Assembly: GCA_964035575.1 (NCBI GenBank)
Contig: OZ037833.1
Coordinates: forward strand, 2,170,001 to 2,234,000
Direction: 5' to 3'
DNA from: Rhynchopus sp. YZ270_cl-10
Lineage: Eukaryota
Length of the DNA stretch: 64,000 bases
Below are positions 33,399 to 44,700 of the stretch, piece after piece. Position 1 is the first letter of the stretch. Each line of letters begins with the position of its first letter. The notes beneath the pieces are model-generated. The model saw nothing but the letters and a program-made list of their open reading frames with translations. It ran no database searches and was not told the origin of the DNA. The position numbers were made by a program, and so were the translations under genes.

Positions 33399-34823
33399 TT
33401 ACAGCGCAACAAGACGTCTTTCCGCTGCCTGCACCGTTTCGAGGTGGGCTTCACAGAGCGAGAAGTATTCTTGGTATTTCGCAGCTGTTGGGGAAGGGGG
33501 CGATTGAAGGGCTTGGAACCGAGCGAGGAGGAGGCGGTGGAGGACGTTGAGGGGCTGTTTGATGGCGTGCAGGGTTTGCGCTGTGACGCTTGGGGCTGCG
33601 TCCTGCTGCACCTTCGACGGGAGCGACTGCGGCACCGAATCGAGCATCTGCTCTTCAATCCGATACAATGCCTTGCGGTAATACTTCAGCTCATCACCAT
33701 TGCTCACCCTCTCTGGGTCCACCACAAGCAACGCTAGGTCCGCATGCAGGAGAAAGGCATCTACTGCACCCTTCACCACATTCTGCCTCAATGAGTCACG
33801 TATCACCACAACATCGTTCATCAGCTGCTCCATCAAAGGCGACGTAGGATACGCAGCACGTGAACTCCCCGCACTGCACCGCATCCCTCCAGGGTTCAAC
33901 CAACCCAACAAAGACGCATCGGTCGCTTCAAACCATGACCCAGGGGAGAACAGTGAAAACTTCGCCTCTGATGGCTCCAATCGAGCGGTGTGCACATTGC
34001 TTGGAATTCGTCTGGCAACCTTGGTCCCATCTTCACAGATCCCCTGACTCGCCCAAAGACGCGACCGCTCCAAATTCAGTTTTTGACAGAGTTCGACTAA
34101 TGCAGTGCGTTCGCTTGAGGGGAAATATAGTGGAGTGGTTTTGCCCTGAAGTTCTACCTTTGGAGTGTTAACTTCATACCGAAAGGAACCTTCGAGAGAG
34201 GATAGACCACTACAACGGTCCTCTGAGAGCTGTGTGAGGGCCGCAGAGAGGGGTGTGTCTTCACAGCTTGATGCCGCTTTGTGCATGATCTGAATGGCTT
34301 CGGCTTCGCGGTCGATGTTTGGAGGGTTTGCTAGGTGGGTTGCCCAGATGGCGGCAACGTGGTTGAGATATGCGGTTGGCTGGTCTCTCCAGTTGTGTGG
34401 TGTTTGGAAGAGGCGTTCTGCTAGAGAGCGTTCTGTCTTGAGGAGGGTGGTGAGGTTCGTGGTGGTGGCGGTGGTGTGCTCGCCACTGAGGTCGTCGGAC
34501 GGCAAGATTTCGTCTTCCTGAAGGAGCAGAGCGGAGAGCTGTTCGTTAACAACGTGGAGACAGAATCGAAGGGAAAGAAACAGCGCTGCCAAGTCGTCGC
34601 AATGTGCGGGGTCGACCGCATGAGCGAGAAATATGGTCGTGTGTTCGCAGAGAAGGTCGACAGAAGGTTTCGCATCACTCAAAATGTCGAGTTGTGCATG
34701 TGCCTTCCCTGCCAGTACCTTCCGTAAAACAACAACAACAGTGGAAACCACATTGTTCTGTACCCCATGCAACGCTTTCAGCCATTCCTTTACTTCTAAA
34801 GAATCGGGGTGTGTATCGGGCAT
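33399..34823 (-). CDS. Hypothetical helical protein (about 474 aa)
   Basis: Long ORF. Likely start MPDTHPDS at 34823, after a pyrimidine-rich tract. No family recognised. Confidence 0.7.
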   Translation of the reverse strand: MPDTHPDSLEVKEWLKALHGVQNNVVSTVVVVLRKVLAGKAHAQLDILSDAKPSVDLLCEHTTIFLAHAVDPAHCDDLAALFLSLRFCLHVVNEQLSALLLQEDEILPSDDLSGEHTTATTTNLTTLLKTERSLAERLFQTPHNWRDQPTAYLNHVAAIWATHLANPPNIDREAEAIQIMHKAASSCEDTPLSAALTQLSEDRCSGLSSLEGSFRYEVNTPKVELQGKTTPLYFPSSERTALVELCQKLNLERSRLWASQGICEDGTKVARRIPSNVHTARLEPSEAKFSLFSPGSWFEATDASLLGWLNPGGMRCSAGSSRAAYPTSPLMEQLMNDVVVIRDSLRQNVVKGAVDAFLLHADLALLVVDPERVSNGDELKYYRKALYRIEEQMLDSVPQSLPSKVQQDAAPSVTAQTLHAIKQPLNVLHRLLLARFQALQSPPSPTAAKYQEYFSLCEAHLETVQAAERRLVAL

Positions 34824-35702
34824 CTTGTTTCCATTCCAAAAGAGAGGAAAAAATGGAAGGGAAAAAGGAGGGGGCTGTATGTGGTGGAAATCATAGAAAA
34901 AAAAGTTTGATTTGAAAATACAAAGCCCTCTCGTGAACAGTGTACCTTTGGTGCACGACAGGGTGTGGGGTGGACACCCAACCATGCAATCCATATCTAT
35001 TTCGTGGTTTACATCTGATATGTGCTACTCCCGCTTCCTCTCATCAGTCAGATGAATGGGGATCATTGGGACGCAGGTTAATTAAGTCTGCGTGATGTAG
35101 GGTCCGGTTGGGGGGGAAAAGCTGTGCAAAAAAAATAACAAATTCGAAATATCGTATTCTTTTCCCCTTTTTTTGAGGGGTGATTTTGATAACAATGACC
35201 GTCGTTTTCGGGGGAAGATAGTAGCGGGGGGGTGGGAGCTAGCTAGTATTTTTAGGGTGCAGCAAACTATGACCACACTGTGAAAATGGGTTATTTTTTT
35301 TCGTTTTTTTTTGAAATTTTTGTAATAGTGGAGTGGATAAACTTCACTTTTTACGCACCTTCTTTAATACTATGACGTTTCAGGAGGAGGCTCCACGACA
35401 AGACGGAGTGACAGAACACCAGACTCCAACACAGCCCGGACATCTGCAATGGTCTCCACCTTGGCATCATTCAGTTGCTTCACAACCCAGCCTGGGGTTA
35501 CCAACTCGGTGCACTGTAGTGAGGGTTTTAAATTACTAAACAACTTTCCCCAACCAACATACCTCAACATTATCCAAGGCAACATGACGGCTGACCGTAA
35601 GGTCCGCTTTTAAGCTCAACCCTGTGTTCCCTGTAGGGCTGTTCCGCTTCAGTGAGATGGTCTGTTTTATTGGAGGTTTTGTGATCAATGGTTCTTTTGT
35701 TA

Positions 35703-38700
35703 TCATACCTTCCGGAGGGAATGCTGCTTGGCTTCTATGACCTTGTTCGCTTGTTGGTGGAGGGGGATCATCGTCATGCGGAGGGTGCCTGAGATGAGGA
35801 GGGACCCTTTCTGGATTTCCGCGAAAGGGTTGTTGATGCTTATAATGCGTGCGTCTCGGGTGCCTGCAGAGAAGACACGGATTATTGTGTAGTTTTCTCC
35901 TGAGGCCTGCGCGAATTGGAGCTCTCTGTGTGAGACCTCGAAGAACATTTTTACTGCGGAGACTGTGGTTTTTACTTCAACGTATTTTACCTGGACGGTT
36001 CCAGTGTTGGTGTCGGTGCGGCGTTCGACAATATCGTAGGAAGCGCCAGTCTCCTCCTCGTCGTTGACCCATGAGTATTCGGTGTTCCGCCCCGCCCTCC
36101 GTGATAGGTATTGATACACAAACTGCTCACCCCATCGGCCAATCTTCGCATAGCCGTCGTCCTCTGTCGCAGACCGCCCCTTCCCTGCACGCTCTGCGTC
36201 CTTATTGCTTGGCTCCATTTTGAGGCGGCTAAACTCTCCCTTCTTTCCCCCTTTGTCACCCTTCCCTTCGCCCTTTTTGCCTCCTCCTTTGCCCATCCCT
36301 TTCTCCATCCTGGGGAATTTGTTTTTGCCGCCTTTCCCTTTGGTGTCACTCTGTTCCCCCCAGATGCCGAAGCGGGGGCCGCCGTGTTGGAGGGCAGCTT
36401 CAAGGGTGTCGTCTCCTCCTCCTCCTCCTGCTTCTGCTCCCCCTTCTGCTCCTCCTTCTCCTCCTGGGCCAAAGCCGGAAGGTCTTCCTGCACCGTCATC
36501 TTCGCGCTTTCGTTTTTCGCCGATGAGGTTGGTGTTGGTGTTGGTGTTGTTGTTGTCGCCCTGCTTAGGGTCTGCATCAGATCCTCCAGAGAAGAACATC
36601 TTTGACGCATCGCCAACAGTCTCACTGCTGGCCTGTGGCTGTGTCTGTGCCTTCCCGTGGACCCCCATCTCCACCTCCCCCGCCTTCACCTTCGGACACT
36701 CCGCCACCCGATGACCTGCCTCTCCGCATGCATAGCAAAACACTGCTCCAGCTTTCCCCCCTTTCCCTCCCTTAGCTCCTTTCCCCTTGCCTCCCCCTGG
36801 AGGCAGAGGAGGGAAAGGTGGTGCTGTTACAGGAGCTTGTGGTTCGGTTGGCACTAATGTGCCGCTGTCGTCGATGAAGCCAATTTTGCGTCCGTCAGAA
36901 TCAAAGAGTGGGGTGCCCGAGGAGAAGCGTGGGGTGTGCTGTGGCTTCCTTTCGGTGTGTGGTTTGGAGGGTGCGAAGCTGACTTTGCTTTGTGTATTTT
37001 GCGTGTCGTCCATTGCGTTGAGAATACCGTCGGTGTGTTCTCTCTTTGGGCGTGGTGGGACCGGTTGTATGGCGTTCACTGCGAGGTACGCTTCGGGGTC
37101 TTCGGGGAAGCCGTCGGGGCAGATACCGATGACAACGTTTGCTGCCCTGGGGAGTTGCACCTTGAGTTCTCCCATGTTGCGTACTGGTGTACCGTTGCAC
37201 GCAAGAACGAAGAAGCCAACAGGCAGTTCGCATGCCTTCGCTGCTGCAGGTGTGTCCGGTGTGTGCCCTTTGATGACAAGAGATTGTGCTTGAAATTGGA
37301 GGCCCAGCTTCTGTGTAATAGACTCTCGTTGGAGAACCACAAACTGCACCCGACCGTCTGCAGTCCAGGCACGCAGGATTTGCAAATATTTGCGCAGGTC
37401 TGTGGGCACCAAGGCAGCGCTCATCAACACACTTTGGTTGCCTCCAGCAGCGCTGCCGCCTTCACCTTTCTCCACGTTTGAGGCGACAGTCTGCAGCATC
37501 TTCGCTTCGAGCGCTTTCCGCTGCTGCTCTTGATTCTCCTCGTTGCCCTCCTCAAGGGTTGCACGCACGTTTGCATTGTTGGGGTCCACTGTGGCCACCT
37601 CCTTTGCTTCCTTTGCTTCCTCCTTCAGCTCTGCGGTGACCTCCTCGTCTAGACGCATCAGACGGTCCTCTGCTGCTTGGTCAAGAGGGACGTATTCCTG
37701 GTCAGGCTTTGCACTGGAAGGGTTGAACGACGTGCTCGGGAACATCTTTGTTGGTGCCACCTCAGACGGTGCCTGTGGCAGCGTGGTCATGCTCCAGATG
37801 GGGGTTTCAGTTGGGAGGCGTGCGACGTTGTGGTCGAGACAGTACTTCTCTACACCAGCCTCGTCGCCACTAGCGATTTGGAGCATGACTCTGTGGGTGA
37901 AGTCAAGCATGACCGTGAAGTCATCGTCTTTGTCAGAAAGCTCGCGTGGTGTGACCCCTGCATGTCGCAGCAGCTCCGTGGTAATGTCAGAATACTCGCC
38001 TGTGTGCGAGGCACGAACGTGGAGGACCTCCTGTGCCGCCAACACTGCTGCGTTCTCAGAGTCAAAGACGTAGTCTGTGTCGCTCTTCTCGTCGCGTAGC
38101 GTCGTTTTGCACACCATACCGCGCACTACCCGCACCGAGACGGAGCCAACCCCTTTCTCGGGTGTCAGTTGCTTCAGAACTGCGGGGTGCTTGCTTGTGA
38201 CGTAGCGCTGTAGATACGGCAGCGCTGCGATGAGTAGCTGGTGCAGCCGCTTTGTCTCCTTCCACATGACGGTGTTGGCCACAACAGAGACCTCTGCCCT
38301 GTCGCCAAGGAGGGTGGCCTTGTAGAGCTGCGACAGTGCAGGGATGGCTTTGGAGAGGGACAGCATCGGTGGCGGCTTGATGACGACGAAGGGGAGCGGG
38401 GGGTTCGCTTGCAGGCGGAGGGTCACGGAGTGTGCGATGGCGGGGGGGAGGTCGTTCACGAGAAGCCCGTCTGCCACACGGTGCAACGACGGCGCTGCTT
38501 CATAGGGGGAGTGTATCTCGAACAGCCTTGCCGCCTGGAGACCCTTTGTGAGTGCTGTGTACGTTGCCTGCACGGAGGGGAAGTGATCAGCGTTTTGCAC
38601 AAGATCGGCGCTCCACCTTTCAGCGCTGGCCATCGCATATTCGGACACCTCCTGCAAGCCGTACGATGTGTGCAACCCTGCACGACGTTCACCTACGATG

Positions 38701-41700
38701 GCAACAAGCGCTGCATCACCATCTGACGCCTTTGTGTTGAGAGCGACCTCGGAGATGAGCCCCATGAAGGTGCAGTAGTCTGCGAAGGAGTGCGCCTTCT
38801 TTACACCAACAACACGGCAGAAGAAGTTCTCAGCCTCTGCGGCAGAGCCGTAGCAGTGTTGCAGACAGGGCGTTGTGATGCGGTTGTGGAAGCTGCCTTG
38901 GCCCACAACGTTCATTGTATGTTGTGGCCCTTTGAGGCCCCTAAGAGGGTCGCGTCCTTCCTTACGGTCGCGGAGCAGGTCTGCAATGGGGTCGGTCCAG
39001 CTCACCTCTGATGCAGAGAGGAAGACACCACGCACAGCGACAGTGCTCTCCACCTCGGCAGACCCGTTGCGTGGGACGAACAGAACCGCTTTGTTCCGCA
39101 GCACACCGCTGCAGTCGTCGGACAACGTCCCTGAAGCGGCTGCCTTCCGCAAAAAGGTGTATATTTCGTTCATATCACTGACCGGCGAATGAAACGGGCG
39201 TGTCATCGACGAATCACTCCATTTGATCAACGCATGAACCAAATCCTCAGGAATGATGGTCGTGCGGATGCCCATCACTACGGTCATCTTTTCATTTGCG
39301 ATAGCATTGGTGAGGGGACACGACACTGCACCCTTCAGCATGCGTGTTACTTCGGGTGTCCGTTTGAGGATTTCTGAGGGTCGTCGCAGGACATTGCCTG
39401 TGCACGGTACCCAGGGGAGAGTGCGGAGGATGAGTGCAAAGCTGGATGGGAGTCGTGCAGAGGAGGCACGTTGTGTGACGTTCCCTGCAGGGAGGGCGGC
39501 AGCGAAGCGGTGGTAGGTGTTGTCCCAGTGTGTGTCGAGCTCCTCTGCTATGCAGGTGAGGCAGCTCAGAACGGCACTCAGTCTTGCCAGGCAAGAGGCA
39601 CTCTCGAAGGAGTCGGTGCACCCCGCCTGCGCCTTCTTCACCTCCTCATACGTCGCAATCAAGCTGCTCAACGCTGTCTGCAGTTCAGGACATTCCGCAT
39701 CATTAAGATCCATCCCCTGAGTAGGGAACGGCCACTCAACGTTCTGCCATGCACTCTTTGTATGGTCACGGACCTGCACCCGGCGTACGCAGGGCACAAA
39801 AAACCATGCCACACCAAAGAGACGGAACAGCCGCACCCACCCCTCCATCCCCAGAACGTTGTTGTCCTCCTCGTCGTGCTGTGTATCCTGCTCCATTTCG
39901 GAATAGATCTCTGAAAGAACTGTGAAATTGCTGGGATCCTTGCAGGACGTAGACCTGGTGGTGCTGAAGTGCTTCAAATAGAAGCGTTCTGGCCCGATGT
40001 TGTGTACGGCCTCTGAGGCATTTGCACGGCACGCGACGTACGGAGTTGAGAAGAGAACTGTTGTCGCCTTGGGCGAGACGTAGCCTTTATTGGTTTCCAC
40101 GAGGATGTGCTGCGCAAGCTCTTTGACCAGCGATTCTGGGAGTGCGTGGTGGTGGTGTGCCACGAAGAGCAGGGTTGCACGCAGGAGACGTGCCGTGGCG
40201 GCATCCACCTTGCTTGCGACGACCTTCTTATAGAAGGGAACCACATGCTGTGCGACAACGTCAATAGGCGTCAGACGACGTACACCAACCCGGTCAAAGA
40301 AGCGCCGCACAGACACCGCAGCTGCAGCAGCCTCCTCAGGTGATTCGGTGTCGAGCCTCAGCACGTCCTCGTTGAGGAGACGCATCTCTGCGAGGAACAC
40401 ATCGTAGCGTGGGTCCATCTCAAACGAAGCGTCGGCACTGCTCGAGGAAAACACGACCCCCTGCTTCAGGGAGGTCAGCACCGTGGTGTCTGAGGAGATC
40501 GTAGGGATGAACGGCAGGGTGCGCAGCTTTTCGAGCACCGCAGCTTGGTACGCCGGGGCCACTGCAGACGCACCGCAGCGGCCTTCAAAGAGAGTGACGA
40601 GACAAAGGATCCAGCGGCAGAGCCATTGCATGTACTGCGCAGTGTCGCCACGTTGTGCCTGCACCTTGCGAAGGAGAACGTCCATCAGCTCAGGGACGCC
40701 GAACATGCCGATCCCAAGGTGGCGCAGGATTTTGTCGGGGATCTCGATCTGTGGGTGCAAATAGCGCTTCCCCACTGCCTCGAGGAGAAGCTGTTGTGGT
40801 GCGACAACGGAAGAAATGCAACACGGCTGTGCAGCCAAGGCATCAGGCACTGCAATCACGTCGCCCGGCACCACCCATTCGCCTTCCGATGTGAGAAGGC
40901 ATGTGGACCGTGAGAGCAAAGTGCGTACAGCAGAGACAACCGGCTTGAAGAACGAGAACACCCCATGTCCCTCAGGGATGTAGGTCAGGAAGTTCGTGAC
41001 AGCCTTCGGGTGCTGGTCCGGTCCGTAGTACGACTTGAAGCTTTCAAGGGATTCTACAAAGAGAGGTGCCACCTTAGAGCGCAGCCACTGGTTCCAAGGG
41101 CTGCTTGAGTCGATGTCTTCTCTGCTAGTGGGAATCGTCCAGTCGCCCTGCAGAACAAACTTGAGCCCGCACGCACGGAGCGGGAGGAAGGCGAAGACCA
41201 TCATCTCGTCACGTTCCCCATTCACCTCGTCGAGGGGGAAGGCAAGGGCAAGCTCCGTCGTCGCGACGTGGCCTCTGTTGTCCTTGCGCACGATTTCTGA
41301 AGAAAAGTTGCGTTTCTTGAGGAGCCACGTGTGCACCTTCTCGTTGTTGCTGACCTGGATAATGTCTGACGACGCGTCTGTGCTGCTCAGGTCCGTTCGT
41401 GTCATGACACGCGACATGCCGTTCACATGATCACGCACCACAAGGCGGCGCAAATTGCGCAGGAAGAGCAGCAGCGACGGGTGCACATCCTCCACCTTCT
41501 CCAGAAGCGCGTCTCTGTTGCGCGGGTCCAGCAGTTCCGGGAGCAGCGGGAGCACCACCTGTGTGCCAAAGGTGCTACGCTCCTCCACGGCAAGACGTTC
41601 GGGGTGGCCCGCATCCTCTTCGTCACCTAGCCACGTCGGCTTGATGTACCCCATGTTGCCGTTGCCTTTAGGGTCGATGTCGAAGTTGATGTGGAAGCCG

Positions 41701-44700
41701 TTTGAATGGATCTCTGGACACGACGTGACTCTGAAGACCGACTTGAACCCGATCCCCTTCATGCCGATGTAGCCTTCGGTGTTTGCTTTGGTGGAGGAGC
41801 CGACGTCGCAGAGCGCACTGATGTTCTTGGAGGTGAAGCCGACCTCGTTGTTGGAGATGACGACAGCAGAGGGTGTCAGGTCGAAGCAGAGCGTGGGCAC
41901 GTCTGCGCCACTGAGGTTGTACTTATTGTCGTCTGCGTTCTGGATGAGCTCAAGAACAAAGTGCACATCAGAAGAGTACAAATCCGACGCAAGCCTCTGA
42001 ATAGCACGCCCCAGCCTTGCCAGGTTCGTCTTCAGCAACTTCCCACCTTCGTCGTCAAGCTCCACACCATCACCAAACTCACTACGCAGAATCTGCTTCA
42101 CCACTGAACAGGGCGCACCCTCCACACCACCCTCCACAGCTGGCACAGCCTTTTTCTCTACCACCTTTTCCACCTTCTCTTCCTTCTCCTCTTTCTCTTC
42201 CCTTGACGTCGGCACCGCCACAGACACCACGGCAGGAGCTGCCACTGTCTCCACTGGAGTTGCAAGCATAGAAGGAATCTTGAGCTTCACAACGGAGGCA
42301 TGCCCACAGGAGGAGAGCATGTGGAGGAGCTGGAGGGTCTGCGGGGAGTGGACGTCTGGGCAGTGTGAGAGGATGTGCGAGATGGCGGAGGGGGTTGTGA
42401 GGATGAGGGGCGAGACGAAGACGCTGTGGGCGAAGAGGGCGACGGCAGAGGTGGGGAGCGCGGCGACGGCTGCGATGACAACACGCACACGCTGTGCCTC
42501 GTCTGCGAAGGAGCGATACACCCCTGCACAGCACTCTGCAAACATCTGAATGTCCGCCCCACCACTCCGCCCCTCTGCCACATAGCTCAACAGCGAATGG
42601 CACGCCGTCAGCACATCACCTCCCTCCAACGCAGCCTTAAACCGCCGCACCGCTACATCACCACCACACCCCATAGCGTACACCTCTTCCGGCGACGCCA
42701 CCCGCACTCCATTACACACAACATTATGGAAACTCCCATCCACCAAGAAGTTGACGTTCTTCTGCGTCAAGAACGCACAAAGCTCGCCATATGTCGGTAA
42801 AAACAGTGTATCCCAATGCAGTTGCGCCTTTATGTTACAAAGCAGGGGCAGCCCTGTGGTGATGTGCTCTACCAGCGCATCGGAGGAAGGGAAGCAGAGG
42901 GTTGCGGGCTTGAGCTGGGGTTGTGTTATGCCTATGGTTCTGAGGAAGCCGTCGTCGCAGATCGATGCGAATGAGAGGATGTGGCGGGGTGTGTCTGTGG
43001 TGTGCGCTGTGTGCAGCCGTTCTGCTACGGCACGTACTGCTGCTGTCGCGACCGCTTCGTTGTGCACAATGTTAGGAAACATATGCTCCAGCAGCATCTT
43101 CAAATGAGCAGCACCTTCACTAGCCCACACACTCTCCGGACAGCTTCCACCCAACAACGCACGTCTCAACACCCCCTCCACATCTCCCGCAACCACCCCA
43201 GCGCTTTCCCTCGCACGATCGTCCGCCTCATCAGACAAACCCACATTCACCACAAAACTTGCCATACTCCCTGCCAAAGACCCCGGCACCGCAGACACAC
43301 ACTCCACCGCCTTTTCCCCCTCGGCTGTCCTCAAAGGAATGAGATGCAGAGCGTGTGACGGAGACAACCTTTCTTGGTCCTTTGCAATCCTCGCTGCGGC
43401 TTTCAGATACATAAGATGCGCGCTTTGCAGCAATGTGCAATGATCTGCACGGTGTGTTGCAATGAAGTCTAGGAAGCTCCCTAGGCGGAGGTGGGCGAAG
43501 GATGGGAGTGTCTGCGAGGCGGCGGAGGAGACGGCTTCGACACAACGACGCTCTACGTTTGCGATGAAGGAAACAAATCTGCGTGCAGTGCCTAGGGGCA
43601 ATGACATCGACGTATGACGGACAAGCTCATCTACAACATCGCTTGCCTCCTCCTCCTCTGCATCCCCCTGGTCCTCCCACTCCTCCCCTGCCTGCGGCAA
43701 CGCCTTAGCAACCCCACCCAAAGCAAGCGCCAGACGCTCCTCTTCAGGAAGGACAGATTCTTCGTCTGAGCTCTCACTCTCGATGTCTTGCATTTTGTCG
43801 GAGTCAAAGGGTTTCCCGGTGATCTGGCCCTTAACAGCGACACCCTGAACGGCTTCGAGGATAAGCGAGGGTAGTGGGCCAACCTTCGCGGAGACGGCAT
43901 GGACGGATGCGGTGTGTGCGGCTTCGATGCTGGTTTGGATGCGGTGGTAGGTGGCGGGGAGGTGCCATTCGGCAACGGGGAGTTCTTTGAGGGTGCTGCG
44001 GATGGTGGAGACGACGTCCTCGCGGGTGGCGATGCCGAGGCTTTTGTATGCTTCGGCCTCGGCCTGGCGTTGCAGGTGGTTCTGCAGGATGGCCTCGTTG
44101 ATTTCATCTCTCTTCGCAGTGTTCCGCCGTGCAGCGCGCTTCCGCAGCTTCTTCTCCTTCAGGTCCACCTTCTTCTCCAAGGCTGCGGCCAAAGAGGTGC
44201 GCCGTCTCTTAGGTCTTTGCACCTCAGAATCCGACGTGCTCTCCTCCTCGGAGCTGTCGCTTGAGTCGCTGGAGTCGCTAGACTCTTTGCTTGCAGAGCT
44301 TGACGCGTAGTCGTTCTCAGAGTCAAAATTTGGGTCAATCGCGGGGTACAACAGTGAGCGAAGTGTGCTGGTTACGAGGGCCTGCTCTGCAGGGCGTGCA
44401 GACCTGGTGTGGAGGTACACTTTGCGTACGGTAGGACCCTTGAGGGTGTTCGTCTGTGCTGCCTCGTTGGGTGCTCCACTGAGAACCACGCGAGCAAGCC
44501 AGGAGGCCATGCGGACAGCGTCGTCCGAAAGCTGTCCCTTCGCCTTTTGCCGTTCCAGCACAGCGTTGATTCGCCGCTTCTCTGTGTCTACAAGCTCCAT
44601 GAGAACGCCGATGCTGCGCACCCACACACCCATCAGCTCTGGGGTCTCTTGGAATGCGGCTGGGGTGAAGTCTGGGTGTTTGATGGCAGCAGCTGCTGCA